From Escherichia phage UPEC01: a stretch of 64,000 nucleotides of DNA. The stretch's first letter is position 1. Each line of letters begins with the position of its first letter. The stretch is from the sequence record MW233709. One strand, written 5' to 3'. Below, piece after piece: positions 45,205-57,336 of the stretch. The notes under the pieces are model-generated. The model was given only the letters and a program-made list of their open reading frames with translations, was not told where the DNA came from and did not search any database. The translations under genes were made by a program, and so were the position numbers.

Positions 45205-46332
45205 TTGTTTTTCTCGAAGTTCGGCTGCATAAATCTTGCCTGCACGTGGAGCTTGTGCATCCGGGAATGTTACAATTGTATTGCCTGTATTTGTTGCATC
45301 GTTTGCATATGACATCCTTATGCCGTTGACACCAAATTCAGCTGGTTTGAACGCTGAGTCACCTCTGGTTATCTCACCAATAACAATATTACGTATTGAC
45401 CCTGTTCCAGTAGCTACAGTTCTTGATGTTACTACCGTAAAGCCATCAGCTCCTGCTGGAATCTCGACATATCTTTCAAAACTCGCCCATGCACCAGCTG
45501 GAACGTTTGTTGCAATATCGATGTTTGTATTTGATATAGGAGAAGTGCTAGGGCTTTTAAAGAATCGAACCGAAGTCCTTACAGTCCCGGCGGCTTTCAG
45601 AGCAGCATCAAATGACATCTGAAACTTCAGATAAAGCATATCCAAAGGCAAAAGGTTATAGCCAGTCATAGGAGTCACCAGGTCCTCTGTGGGGAACCTT
45701 TTAATTGTGGTTGGTGTTCCATCACCTGTTGATGAATACGTGCTCTCGTCTTCCGTTATGCGCACAGGATAGCCTGTTGCTCCTATATCACTAAAGGTAT
45801 CATAAACAACTTCGAGCGGTGTTGAAACATCTTCAACCAACTTCCCGTCATTATACTTAACGTGCTCCGAAACAATTACGTTCCTGCCAGTTATGTAAAA
45901 AGCCGAGTATGATGTGTCAACTTTATCAATCAACCATTTCTCGGGGAATGCTTTTGACCCCTTTAATCGCATCCAGTCAATTAATGTCTGTGAAGCGTTT
46001 AGTTTCCCAGAAGAAATAAAAGCAATCAATCTTCCGGCTGGAACAGATTCCACAAAGGTAATTAATGCCTGACTGATTGCATCATGTGTGCTAGTTAATG
46101 AATAGTTTTTCGTGTTAACAATTTTATTCGTAGTTGTATCAATTTCCAATAGAGTCAGACCATTACCAAAAGTAGTTGGTCCAATTCGTTCATCCTGAAA
46201 TTTGATATACGATTTCACCGTGGAAAGAGTACAGCTCCCTGCTATACTCATTTTAAATTTAACGGCATTATTTTCTGATATAACTGGCGTTTGGACGTAT
46301 CCTTGTCCAAACTCTGCCATAAATTTTTCCAT
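45202..46332 (-). CDS. 35: long tail fibre hinge connector gp35
   Basis: 376 aa ORF between 34 and 36 in the conserved late operon; size as T4 gp35. Confidence 0.8.
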   Translation of the reverse strand: MEKFMAEFGQGYVQTPVISENNAVKFKMSIAGSCTLSTVKSYIKFQDERIGPTTFGNGLTLLEIDTTTNKIVNTKNYSLTSTHDAISQALITFVESVPAGRLIAFISSGKLNASQTLIDWMRLKGSKAFPEKWLIDKVDTSYSAFYITGRNVIVSEHVKYNDGKLVEDVSTPLEVVYDTFSDIGATGYPVRITEDESTYSSTGDGTPTTIKRFPTEDLVTPMTGYNLLPLDMLYLKFQMSFDAALKAAGTVRTSVRFFKSPSTSPISNTNIDIATNVPAGAWASFERYVEIPAGADGFTVVTSRTVATGTGSIRNIVIGEITRGDSAFKPAEFGVNGIRMSYANDATNTGNTIVTFPDAQAPRAGKIYAAELREKQ

Positions 46333-46340
46333 ATTACCTC

Positions 46341-49300
46341 TTATTCAATCCATTCAAACTTAACGGATTTAGTGGTCGGGTCTGGGATGATACGCACGTT
46401 ACCGATACGCAACCAATCAAGAATGGTTAAGTTCCCCATCGTTGTGTTGTCAGCCGGTAATGCACCAACATCCTCTGCAGACGGAGGGTTATCCGCGGTA
46501 TAAACCATTGCGAAAGTCGTCCATGCTGATTTATTTTTCTGCCATGTACGAGTATAACGAATAGTACCACCGTTCAATCCAGTTGGATAACAAACCCAAT
46601 CTTGATAGCACGAATCCAGCGTATTACCAAACTGAGTTAATGTACCAGGATATTTAATTTGTTTATCACGAACAGAATAGTCAAACCATGTACCACGAAG
46701 TTTTTGCCCAGAACTACCCAAAACCTCATCGCCGAAAGAACCATCATCCAAACGATAACGAATAGCAGGAGAAGCAAAAGTTCCGTTTTCGGTTAACCAA
46801 CCAGAGGCATTCCAAACTTCATCAGTCACCCCAGCAGGTTTGGTTTGAACTGTATCAATGTTTACCTGACGTTTTAACTTCATTGTCCAATAGCCAGGGA
46901 ACTGACTATAAGTCGGTTCATCATTAATATCAACAGACCAGAAGCCGACAGTATCAGCAGTTGGGGCTTGTGCGATAAGACTTGGTTTCGTACCGAATAC
47001 ACGGACCGGAGCATTCACACGGAGCACACCAGACATTGTATCGCCCGCTTGGTTAACAAAGTTTCTATCAACAATCTCAACAGCGTTTTTCTCGGTCAGG
47101 ACTTTAAATGCACCGCCACCATTTGCTATGATATTACCAGCATCAAGAGTTTTGAGCACCAAATTCTGCGAGTTATCACCCAGGGCTAGAGTTGCGCCAG
47201 AAGCTTCACCCGTCGTGGTTGCAATAGTACGACCATTTAGAACGTAATTATTTTTGGCTTGAACATCGTTTCCGGCACTAAGGTTGTTCAGTACAGCAAC
47301 ATTACCCGAGGCGGTGTTTAATGTCAATACGTTAGTCGTATCACCAATAGTCATTGTCGTTCCGGTGGAAGGAGCAGTGATTTTCCACTTGTTAGTTCCA
47401 TTAACAACATTCACAGTTCCGAACGTCGAAGTACCAGCCGTTACATCAGTAAACACCGCAGTGCTCGTCGATACAACCGGAGCAGAGATATTTGTCTGCT
47501 TAGTAAGGGTTAATACACCTTCAACAGTCTGAGCAATATCACGACGAATAAACTGGGTCGAATCGAGGTTATCCAGTTTTTCAGCATTAACAGCCATCGC
47601 ATTTATCGGTAAGAAGTTTTGCAATACGCGGTTTAATTCGTAAGGCGAAACTGCATATCCAGATTTCGCATAGCTAACCAGTTTACTTGGGTCCGGGGTA
47701 TATACACCACCCTCATATGTAAATCCTGCACCGGTCGTTGTAGTTGCGGCCGAAGTAGCTGTGCCAGAAGATAAACGAACAAATCCGCGCAGTGTTTCAG
47801 ATGCTTCCCAAGTTGTTTCTGTTTGTGCAATATATTTCAGCGCAGACGGACTGATGGCCAAGACTTTTGATGTGCCTGCTGTTGCTTCTGCGTTTGTCGC
47901 GATGCGAACAATACCTTCGGCATTTTCAGTAGCTTTTTTCGACATCAATTTAAGCGGGGTAACGATTGTTTTATCGTCAGTGCCGGTATTGACTTCACCC
48001 TGAGTTGCTAATCTTGCTGTACCACGTTGAGTCTCATTTGCTTCAAGAATATTCAGGCTATAATGGTCCCAGAGCGTCCCTGTTTCTACTAAACCACTTA
48101 ATGCATTAACAGAAGTACGAGCAGTATTATTAAATCTAGTTTTAATTTTTAATGGAGTTGAGATACGAGTATCATCAGTTCCAGTATCAAATTCTGATTG
48201 CGTAGCAATCTCGGCTATGCCGGTTAACGTTTCTGATGCTTTACGGTCATTTAACGTTTTAGGAGTCACAGCTCTGGTATAATCGGTTCCTGCATTTGTT
48301 TCTGTCTGAGTGGCAATCTCGATTAAACCAATACGAGAATCAAGAGCTGTTTTACGATGCAACATCTCCGGAGTAACAACAGCGTTTGACCAGCCAGCTT
48401 GTGATGTACCTGCAATTACTTCACTTTCAACGGCCAGAATAACTGCGCCCTGTTGAGTGTAAGTAGCTTTGTATTGGTCAAGAGCTTTCGGAGAAATTAC
48501 CAGATTAGTGGTATTCTTATTATAAACGTTTGTACCATTTAATTCACGCGAAGCAGCTGGAGTTGCACCAGTGGTCGGGACGTAAGTCACGATACCGGAC
48601 AGCGATTCTGAGCCCTGACGCGCTTGCAGTTTCTTTGGAGTGATAATTGTGGTATCATCTACACCTGCATCAGTTTCTTGCTGTGTGGCGAGTTCTGCGA
48701 GCCCACGTCTCGTTTCTGTTGCCGTACGTTCATTGAGTTTTTTCGGAGAAATAATTACATCGTCAACAAATGCAAAATCACTGTTCTGATTTACCTGGGC
48801 AGTCGTTGCGATTCTGGCAATGCCTCGTTGGTTCTCTTTAGCAACACGGTTGGCCAAAGTCTGAGGAGTAATTGCTAGTTCTTTTTCTGGGTTATTTTCA
48901 TGGTCAACGTTTGCCTGAGTCTGGTTTGCCAGGGCAATAACACCAAGACGAGCACGCGTGGAATCATTTAATGAGTCAACTCGTTCAACAGTCGGAACGT
49001 TTTGAGCAACAACCCAATAACTTGTTCCAGACACTTTATCTTCTGCATAAGACAATTCAATAACCGGAGTATAACTGATGTCACCATTAAAGGTCAATGA
49101 ATCAACAAATACCCAAGTTGTATCTGGTGGATACTCGGAGCGTTTAGGGAATTGCAACAATTTAATGTCGGATGCAATCTTATCACCAGCAGCAGCTCTT
49201 ATATTAACAGTCTGTGATTTGCGGAGATAGTTCAGTGCAATTTTAACAATGTCACCTTGCAAAACATCCGTTGGCAAATCGATATTAATCGTCGCTGGAG

Positions 49301-50297
49301 TTGAGTTATCTTCACCAAATACAATGACACTTTCGTTCGGTAAAAGTTTAACGTTATCACGAATAACGCGAAGACGAGTTTTAAAATCACCGTCCCAAAC
49401 ATACCAAAGTTTTTCGGCGGCATTATAAACAAAGAAGCCATCACCTGTGGTGCGGAATTCCATTTGATGCTGTCCAGCTTTACCAAGACTGGAACTGGAG
49501 TCAAAGGTTTCAACCATCAGGTGGAATGTTGGTCCCAGGCCATCGATATCAACAGATTTGACAATATCACCCTGATTCGCATACTTAGGAAGAATGAAAG
49601 TAATCGGTGCACCAGTTGTATAACGACGCATAATAAAGTCGCCGGCTTGTGCATGGAAACGACCAGTTGATGGTTCTACTCTGATGCCACGTTCTTCGTT
49701 GCCAGCTTCCCAAAATTGCCATAAGCGGTTTGAAAAGATAAGCATGTTATAAGAGAATGGTTTGGTAATTAAAACTTCTGAATACTGATTACCAAAACGA
49801 ACAATCTTTTGGTTACCGCCGCCTGGTACGTTGCTTGACTGCACTTTAATTTCGTTGTAACCAACATTGCCGCCGATATCTTTAATAACGATGGTATCGC
49901 CATCGACCGGGTTTGTAGGTAATGTAAATGTGGTAAAGCTTGCAGCTGAGTCGACTGCGATAAATTCACCGGAGCTAAGCTGACGAGTTGGAGATGCAAC
50001 AGTTTCCCATTTAGGGTCAGTACGAGTTGCCAACCAATACTGAGGGGTAAATGCTCCTGCTGGAGCATCAATATCACGTTGAGCAACCCAAATACGGTTA
50101 TCATTAATAACTGCGAAGTTCTTTTTGTATCCACGCGTTGCATCATATTGTTGAACTGTGTTTTCTTCTATAAAGAAATCTACGTTAACGCCGTCTGACA
50201 AAACTGAGTAATCAGCTTTCGCGACATTAATGACTTTCTCACCAGCAGCATCGAGACCGGATGTTGCTCTGAATGCTGGTTTTAAAATATCGGCCAT
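46341..50297 (-). CDS. 34: long tail fibre proximal subunit gp34
   Basis: 1318 aa; first gene of the 34-38 late operon, repeated beta-rich segments. Confidence 0.9.
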   Translation of the reverse strand: MADILKPAFRATSGLDAAGEKVINVAKADYSVLSDGVNVDFFIEENTVQQYDATRGYKKNFAVINDNRIWVAQRDIDAPAGAFTPQYWLATRTDPKWETVASPTRQLSSGEFIAVDSAASFTTFTLPTNPVDGDTIVIKDIGGNVGYNEIKVQSSNVPGGGNQKIVRFGNQYSEVLITKPFSYNMLIFSNRLWQFWEAGNEERGIRVEPSTGRFHAQAGDFIMRRYTTGAPITFILPKYANQGDIVKSVDIDGLGPTFHLMVETFDSSSSLGKAGQHQMEFRTTGDGFFVYNAAEKLWYVWDGDFKTRLRVIRDNVKLLPNESVIVFGEDNSTPATINIDLPTDVLQGDIVKIALNYLRKSQTVNIRAAAGDKIASDIKLLQFPKRSEYPPDTTWVFVDSLTFNGDISYTPVIELSYAEDKVSGTSYWVVAQNVPTVERVDSLNDSTRARLGVIALANQTQANVDHENNPEKELAITPQTLANRVAKENQRGIARIATTAQVNQNSDFAFVDDVIISPKKLNERTATETRRGLAELATQQETDAGVDDTTIITPKKLQARQGSESLSGIVTYVPTTGATPAASRELNGTNVYNKNTTNLVISPKALDQYKATYTQQGAVILAVESEVIAGTSQAGWSNAVVTPEMLHRKTALDSRIGLIEIATQTETNAGTDYTRAVTPKTLNDRKASETLTGIAEIATQSEFDTGTDDTRISTPLKIKTRFNNTARTSVNALSGLVETGTLWDHYSLNILEANETQRGTARLATQGEVNTGTDDKTIVTPLKLMSKKATENAEGIVRIATNAEATAGTSKVLAISPSALKYIAQTETTWEASETLRGFVRLSSGTATSAATTTTGAGFTYEGGVYTPDPSKLVSYAKSGYAVSPYELNRVLQNFLPINAMAVNAEKLDNLDSTQFIRRDIAQTVEGVLTLTKQTNISAPVVSTSTAVFTDVTAGTSTFGTVNVVNGTNKWKITAPSTGTTMTIGDTTNVLTLNTASGNVAVLNNLSAGNDVQAKNNYVLNGRTIATTTGEASGATLALGDNSQNLVLKTLDAGNIIANGGGAFKVLTEKNAVEIVDRNFVNQAGDTMSGVLRVNAPVRVFGTKPSLIAQAPTADTVGFWSVDINDEPTYSQFPGYWTMKLKRQVNIDTVQTKPAGVTDEVWNASGWLTENGTFASPAIRYRLDDGSFGDEVLGSSGQKLRGTWFDYSVRDKQIKYPGTLTQFGNTLDSCYQDWVCYPTGLNGGTIRYTRTWQKNKSAWTTFAMVYTADNPPSAEDVGALPADNTTMGNLTILDWLRIGNVRIIPDPTTKSVKFEWIE

Positions 50298-50328
50298 GTG
50301 CTTTATCCTTATTGATTTGGTATATGTG

Positions 50329-50336
50329 TATTTATA
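50329..50336 (-). promoter_or_regulatory. late promoter TATAAATA (minus strand) for gene 34
   Basis: tatttata on + strand 32 nt upstream of gene 34 start. Confidence 0.6.
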
Positions 50337-50365
50337 TTGCTTTAAAATTTTTATGCTAATATAAT
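50337..50365 (+). promoter_or_regulatory. candidate middle promoter (MotA box ATTGCTTTA + TATAAT) for rnh
   Basis: TGCTT at 50338-50342, -10 TATAAT at 50360-50365. Confidence 0.4.
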
Positions 50366-50393
50366 CGAGTCAACTAATTGAACAGAGGTTCAT

Positions 50394-51338
50394 ATGAATT
50401 TAGATTTTTTACTCCCTGAAGAAGACCGTCAAAAAGAAGGTTTTCAGTTACTCGATTTTAGTCAGCTCATCATGGCTGCAGCCTTCCAGGAATTCGGCAA
50501 AGACGCTGGTTATCCAAAGGTAACAACCGCAATGACCCGGCACCTGGTTCTGAACTCCATCAGAAAAAATATTGTGCAGTTCAAGAAGCTCGGTTATACG
50601 ATTCCAATTATTTGTGTTGATAACTCGAAGAATGGCTATTGGCGCCGGACGAAATCTTATTATTATAAGAAAAACCGTGCGAAAGCTCGTGAAGAGTCTC
50701 AATTCGATTGGGAAGGTCTACATGCTGCCATGCACATCATCATCGATGAAATGGAAAAACATATGCCTTACATCGTGATGAATATAGATAAAGTCGAGGC
50801 TGATGACCATATTGCGGTATTAACGAAGTTGCTCACCGGTCTAGGGCATCCGGTTATGATTGTTTCTTCGGATGGTGACTTTACCCAGTTGCATAAATTC
50901 CCTGGGGTAAAACAATGGTCCCCGATGCAGAAAAAATATGTAAAAACAAAATCTGGCGATGCCCTTATGGATTGCGTAACAAAAGTTGTTAAAGGCGACA
51001 AAAAAGATAACGTGTCAAGCATCAAAGTTCGTGGTGATTTTTATTACACTCACGAAGAAGGTGAACGTACTCCACCGACCCGTGCTGCTGAGCTTGAACA
51101 AATTGCGCTCAACTATTACGACCACGACGTCTTGAAAACGCTTTTAACAGAAGAGCAATATAATAGATTCTGTGAAAACCAATTGCTGATTGATATGGAC
51201 TTTATCCCAACGGAAATATCCGCTTCAATCTTAGAACGATATAATAACTACGTTATTCCAGCAAAAAGTAAAGTTTATCCTTACTTTGTTAAGTCTGGTC
51301 TGTCTAAACTAACTGCAAATATTGCTGAATTTTATTAA
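50394..51338 (+). CDS. rnh: RNase H / 5'-3' exonuclease (FEN family)
   Basis: 314 aa; GYWRR..YYYKKNR.KAREES, SSDGDFTQLHK, KGDKKDNV match T4 RNase H. Confidence 0.93.
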   Translation: MNLDFLLPEEDRQKEGFQLLDFSQLIMAAAFQEFGKDAGYPKVTTAMTRHLVLNSIRKNIVQFKKLGYTIPIICVDNSKNGYWRRTKSYYYKKNRAKAREESQFDWEGLHAAMHIIIDEMEKHMPYIVMNIDKVEADDHIAVLTKLLTGLGHPVMIVSSDGDFTQLHKFPGVKQWSPMQKKYVKTKSGDALMDCVTKVVKGDKKDNVSSIKVRGDFYYTHEEGERTPPTRAAELEQIALNYYDHDVLKTLLTEEQYNRFCENQLLIDMDFIPTEISASILERYNNYVIPAKSKVYPYFVKSGLSKLTANIAEFY

Positions 51339-51346
51339 GGTATATT

Positions 51347-51616
51347 ATGAAAGAGAAAAAAGTGAAAGTTGAATTTTGTCCTGATACCCACGGCGCTGAA
51401 CTGGCCAAGCTGATTAAAGCTGCTTCCGATACTAAATTAAAAATGGAAGCATACGCGGACGAAATTAAAGACCTTAAAGATAAGGCAAAAACTGAATTAG
51501 GTGTTGACGGCAAGATGTTCAATACGCAGCTCGGCCTGTATCATAAAGGCACTCGTGAACGTTTTGAAGATGAAAAAACCGAAGCTGTGGAGCTCTATGA
51601 TGTCCTCTTTAGTTAA
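51347..51616 (+). CDS. dsbA: DsbA-like dsDNA-binding protein
   Basis: 89 aa, position between rnh and 33 as T4 dsbA. Confidence 0.7.
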   Translation: MKEKKVKVEFCPDTHGAELAKLIKAASDTKLKMEAYADEIKDLKDKAKTELGVDGKMFNTQLGLYHKGTRERFEDEKTEAVELYDVLFS

Positions 51617-51890
51617 TTTCGATACACAGAAAACTGAATCGCCTTCCGGGGCGATTAGTAAACAGCAAAACGGGCTTGATATTGAAGCCATGGTTGAGTC
51701 AACTGAAATGTCTTATCTGGAAGCTACGACTGCCTGGTTGGAAGAACGTGGTGTTCCTGAGGGTAATTTTGCTCGATATATCCCGGCAGGAATCATTGAT
51801 AAGATTATGAACGAAGCATATGATGATAACTTGCTTCGTCCGAGTATGTCTCGTACACAGAAAACTAATACGCTGGACTTTTTGTTATGA
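51597..51890 (+). CDS. 33: late transcription co-activator gp33
   Basis: 97 aa from ATG 51597; MSYLEATTAWLEE ... LLRPS..R..KTNTLDFLL matches T4 gp33 C-terminus. Confidence 0.8.
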   Translation: MMSSLVNFDTQKTESPSGAISKQQNGLDIEAMVESTEMSYLEATTAWLEERGVPEGNFARYIPAGIIDKIMNEAYDDNLLRPSMSRTQKTNTLDFLL

Positions 51891-52555
51891 TTACGATTCG
51901 CATGCCTCCAAATAACAACCGATATATAAATGGTAAATCAGTATACCAACTGTACTTATCCATCAAACAGCATTTTTCGGGTCGTTATGATATTATCAAA
52001 TATAACTGGACCATGCGAATCTCCGATAGTGCTTATCAAAAACGTCGCGATAAGTATTTTTTCGAAAAGCTTAGCGATAAGTACACTCTCAAAGAATTAA
52101 CGTTAATATTCATGTCAAACCTGGTTGCGAACCAGGATGCATGGATAGGCGATATAAGTGATGCCGATGCTCTGATATTTTATAGAGAATACATTGGTAG
52201 ACTTAAAAGAATTAGACAAGTATACGAAGATGATATAAAGAACATCTATTACTTCAGTAAGAAAGTCGAAGTCAAATCGCTCCAAGAGATTTTCGAGTAT
52301 AATACTAAAGTGAACACAAGTTATATTTTCAAACTTCTCCAATCGAATGTTATCTCATTTGAAACGTTTTGTTTGCTTGATTCATTTTTAGGTATTATAA
52401 ATAAACATGATGAACAGACTAACGACTTGGTTTGGGAAAAGTATTCAACCAAACTAAATGCCTATAAGAAAATCTTAAATATAGATTCTCTTGAAGCTCG
52501 TAAATTGTTCATCGAGACCGTTAAAAACTGTCAAATAACGCTTCAATCACTTTGA
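51887..52555 (+). CDS. 59: helicase loader gp59
   Basis: 222 aa; MITIRMPP..RYINGKSVY.LY..IKQH ... FMSNLVANQDAWIGDISDADAL as T4 gp59. Confidence 0.9.
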   Translation: MITIRMPPNNNRYINGKSVYQLYLSIKQHFSGRYDIIKYNWTMRISDSAYQKRRDKYFFEKLSDKYTLKELTLIFMSNLVANQDAWIGDISDADALIFYREYIGRLKRIRQVYEDDIKNIYYFSKKVEVKSLQEIFEYNTKVNTSYIFKLLQSNVISFETFCLLDSFLGIINKHDEQTNDLVWEKYSTKLNAYKKILNIDSLEARKLFIETVKNCQITLQSL

Positions 52556-52615
52556 AGTATAATTAATACGTAATCAAAACAACTGCTAAAAATCAAATAA
52601 TCTAAGGAAAATCAT

Positions 52616-53527
52616 ATGTCTATGTTTAAACGTAAAAACCCTGCTGACCTGGCTGCTTCCCTTAACGCTCTGAAAGGTGGTGCTGGTTTCTCTTCTGACG
52701 ATAAAAAAGAATGGAAACTGAAAGATACTGATGGTGTCGGCTCTGCGGTTATTCGTTTCCTGCCTTCTAAGAATGAAGAAAATCCATCTCCGTTCATCAA
52801 GCTCGTTAACCACGGCTTTAAAAACGCGGGTCAATGGTATATTGAAAACTGTACTTCTACTCACGGTGATTATGAAAACTGTCCTGTGTGTGCGTACATG
52901 AATAAGAATGACCTGTACAATACAAACGAATCCGAATATCGTAAACTGAAGCGTAATACTTCTTACTGGGCTAACATCCTGGTCATTAAAGACCCTGCTG
53001 TTCCGTCTAATGAAGGTCAAGTATTCAAATACCGCTTCGGCAAGAAAATCATGGACAAAATCAACCAGATGGTTGAAGTCGATGTTGACATGGGTGAAAC
53101 TGCTATCGATGTAACTTGTCCGTTTGAAGGTGCGAACTTCGTACTGAAATCTAAAATGGTTTCCGGTTATAAAAACTACGATGATTCCAAATTCATGAAC
53201 CAGTCTGAAATCGCTGGTATCAATGATGAAGCATTCCAGAAAAAACTTTGGGACGAAATGTCTGACCTGAATGAATTGCTGGTATTTAAATCTCTTGAAG
53301 AGAATCAGAAGAAATTCTCTAAAGTAATGGGTACGGCTGCTCTCGGTGGTGCTGCTTCTAAAGCTGCTGCGCAAGCCGATAAACTGGGCGCTGACCTGGA
53401 CGATTTTGATAAAGATATGGAAGACTTCACTTCCAGCAAACCTGCTAAGTCTGAACGCACTGCGACTGCTCCAAGCACTCCAGAGCCTTCTGATGATGGT
53501 CTTGACGACCTTCTGGCTGGCCTTTAA
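52616..53527 (+). CDS. 32: single-stranded DNA-binding protein gp32
   Basis: 303 aa; FLPSKN, zinc site C..H..C..C ([14 protein letters not shown]), acidic C-terminus DDLLAGL. Confidence 0.95.
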   Translation: MSMFKRKNPADLAASLNALKGGAGFSSDDKKEWKLKDTDGVGSAVIRFLPSKNEENPSPFIKLVNHGFKNAGQWYIENCTSTHGDYENCPVCAYMNKNDLYNTNESEYRKLKRNTSYWANILVIKDPAVPSNEGQVFKYRFGKKIMDKINQMVEVDVDMGETAIDVTCPFEGANFVLKSKMVSGYKNYDDSKFMNQSEIAGINDEAFQKKLWDEMSDLNELLVFKSLEENQKKFSKVMGTAALGGAASKAAAQADKLGADLDDFDKDMEDFTSSKPAKSERTATAPSTPEPSDDGLDDLLAGL

Positions 53528-53530
53528 TAT

Positions 53531-53556
53531 AAGGGGACCTTCGGGTCCCTTTTTTA
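53531..53556 (+). terminator. intrinsic terminator hairpin
   Basis: aaggggaccttcgggtcccttttttatttt. Confidence 0.7.
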
Positions 53557-53569
53557 TTTTCAAAAAGTA

Positions 53570-53599
53570 GTGTACAAGTCCCTTGAGCTAAGGCATAAT
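53570..53599 (+). promoter_or_regulatory. early-type promoter
   Basis: AAAAAGTAGTGTACAA-N16-CATAAT then GATTCCATCAACTACTGA leader. Confidence 0.5.
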
Positions 53600-53637
53600 G
53601 ATTCCATCAACTACTGATAACAACTGAGGAAATAAAA

Positions 53638-54000
53638 ATGGAAATCGGCAAAAAATATGAGTTCAATCCACATCGTATTAAATCTTTCATTGATATTAGT
53701 TCATCGAATGCTAGTATGGTTGACATCATCCAAGAAAATGGCGGTTGGTTTGAAGTTAAATCAATATCAAGTGCAGACGGCTATGATTATGTAACCGAAA
53801 TCATTTGTGCTAATGGTGCAATCTATAATGATGATGGCATGGGTGATGATTATTTTGAACTTAGTGAAGAAGAGTTTTATTGCTTCCGTGAATACTCTAG
53901 TTATACAAAAACACCTTCAGGGGCGGTTTCTATTAATTGTGTTGTAGATGTTAATAACGTCGACCAAATCATTGAACTTCTACAAAAAGCTTTCAAATAG
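53638..54000 (+). CDS. hypothetical protein (120 aa), paralog family with 54350
   Basis: DGYDY...DDYFELSEEEF. Confidence 0.5.
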   Translation: MEIGKKYEFNPHRIKSFIDISSSNASMVDIIQENGGWFEVKSISSADGYDYVTEIICANGAIYNDDGMGDDYFELSEEEFYCFREYSSYTKTPSGAVSINCVVDVNNVDQIIELLQKAFK

Positions 54001-54002
54001 CA

Positions 54003-54033
54003 GTTTACAACGGGTCTATGATTATGTTATTAT
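54003..54033 (+). promoter_or_regulatory. early-type promoter
   Basis: AGTTTACAA ... TATTAT then CCTATCAACTACATGAGGAAAATAAAATG. Confidence 0.45.
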
Positions 54034-54062
54034 AGACCTATCAACTACATGAGGAAAATAAA

Positions 54063-54290
54063 ATGGCTAAGGTTAATATTGATATCGTTGATTTTGAATA
54101 CACTTACGAAGTTATTCGTAATCGGTATCCTTCTTTGTGTATGACTTACATTAAAGATACTGAAGTCTTTGGTATTCAAATTGAAGTCCAAGGTCCTCTT
54201 GAAGATATTACCCGCTTTATGCAAAATGAATATTGTGACGGTATGTACCCAGAAGACGCTGAATTTTATATGGGTTTGATTCAAGCTTAG
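54063..54290 (+). CDS. hypothetical protein (75 aa)
   Basis: ORF. Confidence 0.45.
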   Translation: MAKVNIDIVDFEYTYEVIRNRYPSLCMTYIKDTEVFGIQIEVQGPLEDITRFMQNEYCDGMYPEDAEFYMGLIQA

Positions 54291-54319
54291 TATACAAACC
54301 AACTGGAACATGATAATAT
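54290..54319 (+). promoter_or_regulatory. early-type promoter with -10 inside palindrome
   Basis: GTATACAA ... ggaacatgaTAATATgttcc. Confidence 0.45.
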
Positions 54320-54349
54320 GTTCCCTCAATTGAATATGAGGAAATTAAA

Positions 54350-54718
54350 ATGATGGAAACTGGTAAATTTTACGTATTAGACCCTGCTGCCAAAAAACAA
54401 TTCATCGCTGGTAGTCCTGATGACAATTCGCGTATGATTAAGTTGATGGAACAACATGGTAGTTCCTTCAAAGTCCTGGACATGTGCTTTATTGATGGCG
54501 ATTATTTTGTTGAAAAAGTTGAAATGAAAGATGGCACCATCCTGGATAGTATGGATGGTGCTGATGAGTACTTTGAACTCGCTGAATGGGAATTCCGTCA
54601 CTTCATAGAAGTAGATGGTGATGCTCCTGATGTTGATACCCAAACCATTCATGTGCAAGTCAATCACAAAAATGCAGCAGAAGTCATTGCACTGATTAAA
54701 GCAACTTTTGGGGTCTAA
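54350..54718 (+). CDS. hypothetical protein (122 aa), paralog of 53638
   Basis: DGDYFVEKV...DEYFELAEWEF. Confidence 0.5.
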   Translation: MMETGKFYVLDPAAKKQFIAGSPDDNSRMIKLMEQHGSSFKVLDMCFIDGDYFVEKVEMKDGTILDSMDGADEYFELAEWEFRHFIEVDGDAPDVDTQTIHVQVNHKNAAEVIALIKATFGV

Positions 54719-54719
54719 C

Positions 54720-54974
54720 ATGACTAAAGATGATTTCCTGGATGCAGTAGAAAAAGCAAGCGAACAGTTTGAAGTAATGGGTGTACGAGTTCATAAAGAC
54801 AGAAATTATGGTCTGGATGTTCAAACATACTCATTATGGCTTGTTGGTGAGCACAGTCTTGCAACCAATCTGGTGATGGGTATGGATGTTCATCCTTTAT
54901 TAGTTAAGTTCAGAAGTATGGAAAAAGCCACCAAGGAAATGATTAAACTTGGCAAATGGCTTGATAAAATTTAA
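54720..54974 (+). CDS. hypothetical protein (84 aa)
   Basis: ATG 54720; track start 54708 is TTG. Confidence 0.45.
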   Translation: MTKDDFLDAVEKASEQFEVMGVRVHKDRNYGLDVQTYSLWLVGEHSLATNLVMGMDVHPLLVKFRSMEKATKEMIKLGKWLDKI

Positions 54975-54980
54975 AAAGTA

Positions 54981-55010
54981 GTGTACAACCAAATGGGGCT
55001 ATGACATAAT
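54981..55010 (+). promoter_or_regulatory. early-type promoter
   Basis: AAAAAGTAGTGTACAA-N16-CATAAT then GGTCCCATACTGAGTTA. Confidence 0.5.
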
Positions 55011-55051
55011 GGTCCCATACTGAGTTAACAACTAAAACCCTGGAGAATAAA

Positions 55052-55291
55052 ATGAAATTACAACGTGAGAGCATCAAAGATTCAGAAGTTAAAGGCAAAT
55101 GGTACTTCACAATCCAGGGTAACAATCCAGAAGCTCTGGAAAAAGCTGAAGAAACTTTATGCGCGATGGGTTGGAAAGATGAGTGCGATGGTTGCCCTCT
55201 TTATGAAGATGGTAGCTCATCTGGTTTCTGGATTCACCACTCTGACGTTGACCAATTTAAAGCTGACTGGAAAGTTGCTAAGAAAGCGTGA
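55052..55291 (+). CDS. hypothetical protein (79 aa)
   Basis: ORF after GGAGAATAAAATG leader. Confidence 0.45.
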   Translation: MKLQRESIKDSEVKGKWYFTIQGNNPEALEKAEETLCAMGWKDECDGCPLYEDGSSSGFWIHHSDVDQFKADWKVAKKA

Positions 55292-55301
55292 GGAAAATAT
55301 A

Positions 55302-57077
<1,776 letters not shown>

Positions 57078-57078
<1 letters not shown>

Positions 57079-57275
57079 TGAATATTCGTATAGTAAACAA
57101 TAGATACGGCACCAATGAGGTGCTGTTTGAAAAAATGAACATAAGTCTCGATGAACTGCCTAAAGAGAAAACAACGATTTTTGTCCAGGGTAAAGAACTT
57201 TATGTTATGCGTGTTATTAAATCGTATGAATATGATGATTTCAATCGGTCTATCTGGTTTATTGTCGAGGTATAA
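57078..57275 (+). CDS. hypothetical protein (65 aa)
   Basis: TAATG-coupled ORF. Confidence 0.45.
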
Positions 57276-57336
57276 TGAAAATTCAAATTGCCGGTATTTT
57301 ATTTCTGGCCGTAATGGTCGGGCTTAACTTCCTACT

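Noticed and set aside
52586-53563. 325-aa minus-strand ORF antisense to gene 32
   Set aside because: Lies entirely within the strongly supported gp32 gene on the other strand; low-complexity translation; no RBS.
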